This document shows, one piece after another, positions 49,501 through 56,500 of a stretch of DNA of 64,000 bases. The DNA comes from Mobula hypostoma (Eukaryota). Under the pieces are notes generated by a model, which saw only the letters and a program-made list of their open reading frames with translations, made no database searches and was not told where the DNA came from. How positions within the stretch are numbered: position 1 is the first letter of the stretch; every line of letters starts with the position of its first letter. The position numbers and the translations under genes are program-made. The stretch lies in contig NC_086097.1 of assembly GCF_963921235.1 (NCBI RefSeq), positions 39,248,001 to 39,312,000 of the forward strand. The letters run 5' to 3'.

Positions 49501-49556
49501 AGATGGTACCTGATCAAACAGGCCAGACTAATGAGAAACGAAGCTCATCATCATAA
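7437..49556 (+). CDS. FANCM: FANCM, 3' part: 12 coding exons, about 1486 aa; the 5' helicase exons lie upstream of the window
   Basis: join(7437..7588,8705..8857,14172..16368,23307..23389,26103..26168,27220..27321,31295..31448,34321..34421,38351..38989,43273..43651,48365..48656,49412..49556). All introns are GT-AG with consistent phases. FANCM motifs: LSLTEWSLWQNHPLSTHLVDHSDRC, DELFSVNFDLGF, FLDEEAELS, IPEQDETYLEDSFCV, CPLNGCDYIVSNRMVVER, YRYLHYLFD. Confidence 0.96.
8705..8857 (+). CDS. FANCM: FANCM exon 13 equivalent
   Basis: tatag acceptor (a second in-frame AG ends at 8710), GAG|gtcagt donor. Encodes EQESGKIRELSLTEWSLWQNHPLSTHLVDHSDRCQHFISIMDMIDLMRQEE. Confidence 0.93.
11128..12205 (+). 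mobile_element. CR1 LINE fragment
   Basis: WLPLTSSVPQESVLELILFTLYVNDL...KLADVMK; tail tcttatggtctt. Confidence 0.8.
12821..13088 (+). mobile_element. LINE (Rex1-like) 3' UTR with (TTGAAC)n tail
   Basis: Ends aataaatttactttgaaccttgaac. Confidence 0.5.
13290..14040 (-). mobile_element. CR1 LINE 3' fragment
   Basis: Tail tagagcatagagctgtacagcacaggaacaggccc; similar to 40703-41450. Confidence 0.7.
14172..16368 (+). CDS. FANCM: FANCM large exon 14 equivalent (2197 nt), including the MM2 RMI1/BTR-binding motif at about 15708-15761
   Basis: 746-aa ORF; ttgcag acceptor, AATG|gtaaga donor. Starts SDCGYSLEIMPYL and contains MYNCSDELFSVNFDLGFS (MM2-like). Confidence 0.94.
17208..20508 (+). mobile_element. 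Tigger/Jerky-like pogo transposon with a decayed transposase (about 18800-20300)
   Basis: TA TSDs; TIRs CAGGTTAACCACTGATTTTCTGG / CCAGAAAATCAGTGGTCAACCTG. Peptides HQSISIQEKVEMLKRL and DNCSAHP...YLPPNCTSLIQPQDRGI (DDE_1). Confidence 0.88.
17375..18719 (-). mobile_element. Tigger element (same family as 4436-5689) nested in the 17208-20508 element
   Basis: TA TSDs; TIRs CAGGTTTCCCCCGC / GCGGGGACACCTG. C-terminal transposase peptides DDVEEVLASHDQELIDEELMQLEE and KQSSILSFFK. Confidence 0.88.
21091..22795. mobile_element. Penelope-like element, inverted composite: minus copy 21091-21928, foreign CpG-rich insert, plus copy about 22273-22795
   Basis: GIY-YIG endonuclease VIYCVRCSRCGLLYIGET...RLEEQHLIFRLGSLQPDGMN; 13-bp TSD TAGTAAATTTTGT at 21078-21090 and 22796-22808. 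Confidence 0.9.
23307..23389 (+). CDS. FANCM: FANCM exon 15 equivalent
   Basis: ttccccccag-type acceptor, GAG|gtgggt donor. Encodes ECDSESDEDVIRRPNKRIKFSSLESPE; phases fit. Confidence 0.88.
23723..24160. mobile_element. Mariner-derived non-autonomous element with repeated TIR units and an internal palindrome
   Basis: TA|CGAGGGGTGATTGATAAGTTCGTGGCCTAAGG unit three times (about 23723, 23880, 24018); ends in the inverted ttaggccacga; inverted arms at about 23921-23988 and 24069-24137. Confidence 0.7.
24420..25190 (+). mobile_element. Old CR1 fragment
   Basis: EFKNREVLLQLYRALVRPHLEY...FRRMKGDLIQT. Confidence 0.7.
25886..26017 (+). mobile_element. Older Penelope-tail copy with hammerhead core boxes
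   Basis: gtcCTGATGAaggatcgcggcctGAAACattgac followed by gctgcctgacctgctgagttcc...ttccaacatctgtag. Confidence 0.7.
26103..26168 (+). CDS. FANCM: FANCM exon 16 equivalent
   Basis: ttgtag acceptor, AAT|gtatgt donor. Encodes VMGASDMDSPILAVRKQRKVPN (cf. human DSPLHAVKKRR). Confidence 0.82.
26594..27124 (-). mobile_element. Tc1-like non-autonomous DNA transposon
   Basis: TIRs gtggccgctttattaggtaca / tgtacctaataaagtggccactgag, flanked by TA; minus peptide RMGKKFELSDFDHGMIVG (Tc1 N-terminus). Confidence 0.75.
27220..27321 (+). CDS. FANCM: FANCM exon 17 equivalent
   Basis: ccttctcag acceptor, AAG|gttggt donor. Encodes LGFTDSEDDDFRATSSKNNKDTKLSRNIHHPWSK; phase 0/0 fits, protein similarity is weak. 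Confidence 0.72.
28150..28386 (+). mobile_element. RTE-clade LINE RT fragment
   Basis: LSERAIQVQKDLFVCFIDY...FDKVKHNKLFEI and [27 protein letters not shown]. Confidence 0.7.
28504..29471. mobile_element. PIF/Harbinger non-autonomous element; an extra orphan right end lies at about 28387-28428
   Basis: TAA TSDs; perfect TIR of about 35 bp, GGCTACGTCCACACTACGCCGGATAATTTTGAAAA. Confidence 0.82.
29780..30977 (+). mobile_element. Vingi/Ingi-like LINE, 5'-truncated
   Basis: RT peptide LSPLLNNIYTNDQP...FIYADDLCI...LRANPSKMQVCAFHLRN...YLGVTLDR; C-terminal CCHC-like motif (TCERG...HLQQCP); gaagaag tail. Confidence 0.75.
31295..31448 (+). CDS. FANCM: FANCM exon 18 equivalent (acidic MM3 region)
   Basis: gatag acceptor, G|gtaact donor. 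Encodes HSARHFLDEEAELSSEGAEDVSSDEDES...NFINDESQFSQ. Confidence 0.93.
32358..32399 (-). ncRNA. Minimal type I hammerhead, intact core with one helix I mismatch
   Basis: Reverse complement: cagttagtc-CTGACGA-agggtctcggcct-GAAAC-GTC-aactg. Confidence 0.7.
34030..34065 (+). ncRNA. Minimal type I hammerhead ribozyme with intact core
   Basis: AGTC-CTGACGA-AGG(gtctcag)CCT-GAAAC-GTC^GACT: helix I AGTC/GACT, CUGANGA and GAAA boxes, GUC cleavage triplet (after 34061), loop-less helix III. Confidence 0.8.
34321..34421 (+). CDS. FANCM: FANCM exon 19 equivalent
   Basis: ttccttag acceptor, CAG|gtaggt donor. Encodes DIDMQEIYLKSVRSP...MAIFSQ. Confidence 0.93.
35311..36400 (-). mobile_element. Old CR1 fragment with a Penelope tail insertion (about 36176-36255)
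   Basis: Tail tagaccatagaatagtacagcac; similar to other minus-strand CR1 copies. Confidence 0.6.
36405..37010 (-). mobile_element. Rex1/Babar-like LINE 3' fragment
   Basis: WYGNCNASDCETLQQIVRTAERIT...HNLFDLVPLGTRYCSIRTRT. Confidence 0.65.
38032..38164 (-). mobile_element. Penelope-tail copy with a degenerate hammerhead
   Basis: aaacacgagattctgcagatgctggaaatcc...cttcatcaggactg (reverse complement cagtcCTGATGA). Confidence 0.7.
38351..38989 (+). CDS. FANCM: FANCM exon 20 equivalent
   Basis: cctcag acceptor, GTT|gtaagt donor. Begins IPEQDETYLEDSFCV and contains KKKSRRIILLDDSSEEE. Confidence 0.93.
39550..40160 (+). mobile_element. Rex1/Babar-like LINE fragment
   Basis: KMKELILDFRK...TLVNFCRCTMESILTGCITVWY...KKLQKVVNS. 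Confidence 0.75.
40703..42838 (-). mobile_element. Young 5'-truncated CR1 LINE with a near-intact RT
   Basis: ORFs 42435-42836, 41284-42450 (388 aa: KSPGPD, NYRPVSLT, YMDFSKAFDKVPH, KFADDTK) and 40850-41287; TTCTA-type tail. Confidence 0.92.
43273..43651 (+). CDS. FANCM: FANCM exon 21 equivalent, ERCC4 pseudo-nuclease domain
   Basis: ttacag acceptor, CAG|gtgaga donor. Encodes ILVDSREISSG...CPLNGCDYIVSNRMVVER...FERICVIVEKDR. Confidence 0.95.
44230..46085 (+). mobile_element. Cluster of old CR1 fragments
   Basis: QFWSPSYRKDVEALERVQK, PGNYRTVIL and aagtttgcagatgat (KFADD). Confidence 0.7.
46110..46335 (+). mobile_element. V-SINE/HE1-like SINE body with a CR1-type tail
   Basis: ggagtttctacattctccctgtg...gggtgcttcagttt...ggttaattggtcattgtaa...ggccggaagggcct. 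Confidence 0.55.
46340..48012 (-). mobile_element. CR1 LINE, 5'-truncated
   Basis: GPDEMYPRLL...PGNYRPVSLTSVVGKLLE, SGVPQRSVLGP...KFADDTK, YCVQLWSP. Confidence 0.88.
48365..48656 (+). CDS. FANCM: FANCM exon 22 equivalent (end of ERCC4, start of HhH)
   Basis: ttacag acceptor, AG|gtaaaa donor. Encodes GDTSRIFQRTKSYD...AGIRILFSS...QFYLSIPDVSYITALNLCH. Confidence 0.95.
48959..49100. mobile_element. 142-bp Tigger-type MITE
   Basis: TA TSDs; TIRs CAGGTCGACCTTCACTAATCC / GGATTAGTAAAGGTCGACCTG. Confidence 0.8.
49412..49556 (+). CDS. FANCM: FANCM last coding exon
   Basis: ttttcag acceptor. Encodes SVVEIATQAKVSHLRAEKIYRYLHYLFDPQMVPD...SSSS*, with TAA at 49554-49556. Confidence 0.93.
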
Positions 49557-49620
49557 TTTTTTTACAATTTGAAGATTCTTCATATGCACTTTGTGTACAG
49601 CTTAATGTAAAAATCATGTA

Positions 49621-49626
49621 AATAAA
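49621..49626 (+). terminator. Putative FANCM polyadenylation signal (AATAAA)
   Basis: First AATAAA after the stop codon, about 65 nt downstream. Confidence 0.55.
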
Positions 49627-49902
49627 ATCTTTCAATCATATTTTCAACATATTCAAATACTTATTTTAAAATGTCATTATCAAAAGATTGCAACTGTAAT
49701 CTTTAACTTGAGCAATTCAACATTTGCAAATTTAAATCTAGACAGAATGTCTAGTTAAAATGTAATCAAACTCCATTGTGCAACTTGGATTCAGTGGGTT
49801 TATAATATTTGCCACTGTACCTGGTTTGATTAACTATAAGCCAATATTATAATATGAACTTCAGTTAGTTAAAGAACTATTGATCAGTGAAATACTGTAC
49901 TT

Positions 49903-50065
49903 TAGTGGTTAGCACTTGTCTCACAGCTACAAAGACCGGAGGTTCGTTCTTGACCTCTGGTGCTTTGTGGTGTTTGCATGTTGTCCCTGTGAGTGCAAAA
50001 ACTACCCTCTCCCCCCACACCTTATGCTAAATACATACTGGTCAGTAGGTTAATGAGCAATTGTA
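49903..50065 (+). mobile_element. Degenerate tRNA-derived V-SINE-like element between the two stop codons
   Basis: A-box-like tagtggttagcac, B-box-like ggttcgttct, V-domain-like tgtggtgtttgcatgttgtccctgtg. Confidence 0.5.
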
Positions 50066-50402
50066 TCCTGCCCTTAAGGTGGTGTGGAACAGATGCGGAT
50101 GTGAGCTTGCTGGTTGACATGGGTATAGTAGCCATAATGTACAATTCTGAATATTTAAGATAGGTAGCATCAGTTTAAATTTTAAGCAGCAAAAACATTC
50201 CTTTGAACATCAGTGTCTTATTTTCAATATAATACAATTGAATAATTAGATGCTGTATAAACATTTTCATCAATTAAAATGGAACAGACTAGAGCATCAA
50301 TAACCACACACACACAAAAGGCAAAATTATTAAAGTGGGGTGGGTGAAGAAATTCATCATGTGATTTTCATTCAGATTTCACTCTATCTTGGTTTCTTCA
50401 GG

Positions 50403-50558
50403 TCAGGGATGATGATCTTTCTCCAGAAGTAGTACCTTGAGTAGTTCTGGATAGTTCGGTGTCCCCCATCCTGTCACAGGATCCCAAGATTGAGAAGCAC
50501 AGAATCCTTTACCTTTAGCTTCTTTATCCAAACAACCGTAATGGCACCCAATAGTTAC
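50403..50558 (-). CDS. TPP1: TPP1 last exon (Ca2+-binding region)
   Basis: catttag acceptor. Encodes [51 protein letters not shown]. Confidence 0.94.
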   Translation of the reverse strand, partial: VTIGCHYGCLDKEAKGKGFCASQSWDPVTGWGTPNYPELLKVLLLEKDHHP

Positions 50559-53500
50559 CTAAATGTAAAATGGAGTAACATTAACAACAGAACCTAAGAT
50601 ATGAAGAATCTAGTAATTCCAGTGAGCCTGAGCTTACAGTTGGAAGGGGTAGGAAGGAAAAAAGTGAGCTGAGAAACGGCAATAAGGGTAGATTGGAGTA
50701 CATAGAATAAAGCATCTCTTCGAGAGCACCTCAAAGTTCAATGTCATTATGCAGAATGGCCCCATAGGTGCAGTGCAAATTAAATCTCCCTCACTCCCAC
50801 TTAATATTTTCCAACACCAACGTCTATGTCATAATTTAAAAATTGAACAAGATCTGTTAGGGTACAAGTTGCTTAGAATATAATCATGAAAATGTCTAAA
50901 TAGATGAGTCTACTAATCCTGTAACAATAAATTGAAAAGTACAGAACTTGAATGTTTTCTATGTTATAAATTGAGTTGATTTCTACTGATAGTAAGAAGA
51001 TTGCTGGCACACTCTCCCTTTTTTATTCTATGTATCCAAAGTGCTTGTCAACAAAAATATTGAAACTTAACTTCCTGTGTATGCTTCGTTTATTAATGAT
51101 GTATGTTAGGGAGGTGTTTATGAACAATATCTTAAATGTTAATTAGACACAAACAAAATACTTGGATGATACTGTGAGATACTGTTGGCTTGATACTTAA
51201 GGGAGATCTTGTAGAACTAGGAATCAGTTTTTGGAAATACTGTAGTATTCAGCTTATCTTTTTTTTATAATCTTTTTATTAATTTTCAAGTTCATAAACA
51301 TAATAGTACTAATACAAAAAGATTGGGATTACATTACTGGTAATTGACATATGCAAGTAAAACTACAGATAATACAAGTATAATAGATCTCCCAAACTCC
51401 TGATATAGTTTACCACGATAAAAAGAAAAATGAAAAAAAATCACGAGCAAAAAAAACCCCAAAGTAAACTAAGAAAAAAAAACTAAACTAAACCAAACCA
51501 AAAACTGATCTAAACAAAACAAGGCTGACATCGAATACAATCATTAACTCCACTCCTCTATCCATATATTCTAGGTTAATAAAAAGGATTCGGAAAAGGT
51601 CAAGCTACATCATATGAAAGTGTTGAATAAATGGCCTCCAAGTCTTTTTGAATTTAACCAAAGGATTAAATCACTTCTGATTTTTTTCTAAATTTAAACA
51701 TGATATAGTTTGGGAAAACCATTGAAATTGGTCTCTTTCCAATTCAATAAGATGGATCTTCTAGCTATTAATGTAACAAATGCAATCATCCGATGAGTTG
51801 AAGAGGATAAAGAACTATGATCCGTCATTGGTAAACCAAAAATTGCAGTAATAGGATGAGGTTGTAAATCAATATGCAAAACTGTTGAAATAATATCAAA
51901 AATATCTTTCCAAAATTTTTTCAAAAGAGGGCAGTATTCAGCTTATCTTGTCCATTTGTTTCTCCTGGGTATTTTGAAATTTCAAGAATAGTATAGACAA
52001 TTTTGTACTGTTAGATGCTGAAAATAATTTGTTGAAGACTTTACCTTTTACAGTACAATGCACTGATTTTCTTGTGTATTCTGGAAATTAAATTGGGACT
52101 GCTTTATTTTCTCCTTCGATGTTCTAGCTCTTGTGCCTCAGCTCTTCTCTCCCTTTCTCTATTGCATTCTTCCTCCAAGCTTGTCCATTGTCAAGGTTAC
52201 CTGGTTGTATTCCTGGCTTCAGCTCCTGTATTACTCTTGTTCTTGCTATTAACTACAATCTTTTTTTCTTAAAAGGGAACAGAATATGTTGGCCTTGGAA
52301 GAAAGCTGAGTGGGTTTGCCCATATGAAAGCTGGGTTTTAAGATTACATTATACTCACATTGTGTAGGGATTTTGAACTGATTTGTTCACAGGACGTGAA
52401 TACCCTGGCAATGATAGCATTTATTGTCAATCCCAAATACCCCTAAACTGAGGAGGCCATTTAGTTGACTACATTGAGGTCTGAGTCACGAAAAGGCAAG
52501 ATTGTTTTCCTAATGGACATGGGACATGAATGAATGACGTACTTTTACAACGATTGGAAGGTTTCATGGCTAGTGAACCCAGCCTTTTATAAAATAGTTA
52601 TGAATGTTATTACATCAATTTAGAGCATCATGGTGGAATTTAAACTGATTTTCTAAATCAACAGCCCAGAAGTCCAGTGAATTGACCACTATGCTATTGC
52701 ACACAAAGATGTATAATGTGTAGCTTTATCTCAAAATAACAATTCTTACGGTAAGAGGAACTGGGATAAATTTAAATGTAAGATGCTGCTTGCTAGCCTC
52801 TTTCCTGAATATATTATTTCCAGTTTGTACAATTTGAGAAACCTTCTGTAATCTCATTGGTGCACCCGGAGAAGTTAGTTTTTTATCTATATAGGTAATA
52901 CGTGCTATCTGAATTTCAAAGATGTTGTGAGGAAATGCTTCTACCTACAGAGAATGTTTGGACTCTTATGATACCTCATTTGGTTTACAGATTACCTAAG
53001 ATTTCTGTGATAGCTATAATAGCTTCAGAAACTAAATGGTGTATTCCTGTTGCTGTGTTTTCTGCAACTATTGCAACTTCCACCAGATTTCTCTTGAAAC
53101 AATTTACAGCCACAGTGAGAACCAGTTTTACATAGTTAAATGCATTGGGGAAACTCACAATAGGAATTTAAAAGAATCTGCTAGAGGTTACCAGATTCTT
53201 GAGTACTGACCACTCCTTGACATTGATGCAGAGGGGAGTACATGTGACTGACCCTTGTACATACGTGTACCAGCATTAATAAGAATGTCTCCAACTCTTC
53301 TTCAACACTAGTTTTACAACTACATAGACAATATCTGAAATTCTTTAGCCAGAGGTGGAATTCATTGCCACTGCTGGCTGTGGCGCCAGGTGATTGAATA
53401 CATTTAATGCGGAGGTTGATAGGTTTTCGATTAGTAAAGGTGTCAAAAGTTATGGGGAGAAGGCAGGGGGATGGTGTTGAGAGGGATGCTAAATCAGCCT

Positions 53501-56500
53501 TGATGGAATGCTGCAGCAGACTCGACGCGCCAAATGGCCTAATTCTACTCCTATGTCTTATAAGTATTCCATGAACTTTCTCAGCTGGAAAGTGCAGCTT
53601 CCCCACACATCCTTAGTATGCAACTCCCTCTCCTTTCTCTAAGTAAAAACTCCAGAAATGCATTTGACTGTGTGTCCAGGAATTGTGGACATTAATGTAG
53701 ATTCTAACAAATCTACAATGCCTAACTAATTAAGGCTAGGATCTTGTCTTATCCCCATGATGACCTAGTTAGCTTGGCAAACAAGTCATTCCATCAAAGA
53801 AGCACATAATGTTAGTGTGTCATGTGGATAGGATCAAGAATGTAGATAAGAAAAAGGTTATTTTAAAATAGACAGAAAATCATAAGCTTGATTTGCACTT
53901 ATTTTCAATTTTAAGTCAACGTCTAGATCTCTGAGGCGATAGTACAACACCATAACACTGCCACTCGCAGGACTGCTTTACATATACCATTAAAATAAAG
54001 ATTCTAGGAAAGATGCTAGAGTTGTTGCAATGTTGAGGTGTTTAATAGATTTTCCATTTTCTGGATTTCTTCAGGTACTACCATTTCTTCCTAAATGCCA
54101 AACACTTCCTGCTTGGTAGATTAATTGGCCACTGTACCTGGGGTAGATGGATGGGTAGCTGGAGAATTGGTGAAGTTGATGAGCATGTGAGAGAGCAACA
54201 ACAAAAGGTGGAGAATGGGACTGACAGATTGCTCTGAAAGCTAATATGCATCTGAAGGACTAAGTTACCACCTTCTATAACATCAGAAATACAGCACATC
54301 GATAACTACAGTGAATTACCTTCTGACCTGAAGCAACCATCCTCCGATTCTATGTCAAATCTGTCTACTGATCGTTCAAGTCGTGTCTTACTAACTTGAT
54401 TGAGCTTTTTGATGAGGTGACGAGGGTGATGGATGTCAGTGGAACTATGGCTGTTGTGTACATGGATTTTAGTGAGACCCGTTTGACAAGATCCCTCATG
54501 GGAGATTCATCCAGAAGATTAAAGTGCATGGGATCCATGGTGAAGTGGCTGCTGGATTCAGAACTGGGTTGCACATAACAGAAGGTAGTGGTTGAAGGGA
54601 CTTATTCTGTCTGTGATTAGTGGTGTTCTGCTAATGAGACCTATACTGTTTGTGATGTTTATAAATAACCTAGATGAAAATGTGGGTTAGTAAATTTGCA
54701 GATGATACAAAGATTGGTCGTGAAATGGATAGCATGGAAGACTGTCAAAGGATACAACATGATATAGATCAATTGCAGATATGGGCAAAGAAATGGAAGA
54801 TGGAATTTAGCCCAGCCAAATGTGAAGTGATGCACCTTGGTAGGTCAAATGCAAAGAGACAGTGCACTGTTGAAGGTAAGATCTTTAATAGTGTCGATGA
54901 GCAGAGGGATCTAGGGGTAAGTGACTATACATGTTGATAGGGTGGTTAGGAAGGCATTTAACAGGTTTGCCTTTATTAGTCGAGGCACCGAGTTCAAAAG
55001 TCAGGAAGTTATGTTGCAGCTTTATGAAACTCTAGTTAGACTGCATCTGGAGTATTGCATAAAGTACTGGACAAGAAAGGATGTTGAGCCTTTGGAGAGG
55101 GTTCAAGAGAGGTTTACCAGGATTTTGCCTGGATTAGAGGGCATGTGCTATAACGAGAGGTTGGGAAAACTTGGGTTGTTTTTTCTGGAACAGTAGAGGC
55201 TGAGGGGAGATCTGATGCAGATTTTTAAGATTATGAGAGGCACAGATAGAGTAGACAGACGGTATCAGACATTTCCCAGAGTTGAAATGTCTAAGACCAG
55301 AGGGCATGCATTTAAGCTGAGAAGGGGTCATTTCAAAGCAGATGTGTGGAACAAGTTTCTAACACCAAGAGTAGTGAGTGCCTCAAATGTACTGATTGGG
55401 GTGGTGGTAGAGGCAGAAACATTAGAGAATTTTAAGAGATAACATATGTTTCAATAGGCAATGTACGTGAGGAAAATGGAAATATGAACATTGTGTAGGC
55501 AGAGGGGATTAGTTGAGTTGGCCATTTGATTACTAATTGAATAGGTTTGGGCCGAATAGCCTTCTCCTGCGCTGCACTGTTCTATGTTGTATATATTTGT
55601 CTATTTTTTCTCTGCAGTAATGTCTTGTTTTTGCACACACTTCACTGTCCTGTATGATTTACATTCTGTGTCTGTTTATATGCCTGTGATGCTGCTGCAA
55701 GTTATTCATTGTACCTGAACCTCTCAACACTCGTGCATATGACAATAAATGTGACAAATTTATGGGCAGCAAGTCCTAGATCATTACCACTCTATATAAA
55801 GGACTTTCCTCATATCCCACTTGTATCTCTTCCCTGTCTGAATCATTTGCTAAGAAGAGTGGCCTTTCTCTAATTATCCTACCTTGGACACACTCCTGTT
55901 AAGATTTCTTCTCAGCACCTTTGTGCAGGGAGAACCATCCTAGCTTTGCCAGAATAACCTTACATTTGAAACTCCTCATCCCAGGAACCTTTTTAGTAAA
56001 AAAATTCTCTGTGCCCTCGTGGATCTTCACATCTTGCAGCAATCAGAATAAATCATATCAGTTTAGTTGTGACCTCAACAATTTAAAATATCCCTCTGTG
56101 CTTTCCTATATGCTCTCCAAGATCTGAAATCGTATTACTAACTACTCTGTCAGCCATTCTACCACTTCCAGTGATTTACACAGATAGATAAGCAGAACAT
56201 GATATTCCCCACATCAATAAATGTCATTCAAAATACCAGAGGAACTCAGCAAGCCAGGCAGCATCAGTCCTGACAAAGGGTCTTGCCCGAAACGTCGACT
56301 GTTTACTCTTTTCCATAGTTGCTACCTGGCCTGCTGAGTTTCTCCAGCATTTTGTGTGTGCTGCTTTGGATTTCCAGTATCTGCAGATTTTCTTGTGTTT
56401 GTTAATAAATGTCGTTCCTCATTCTTTGTGCAAAAACCACTTATATCACACTTGCAAGACACTAGACCATTTTACTAATCTTTCATGGAGTCATCTGCAA

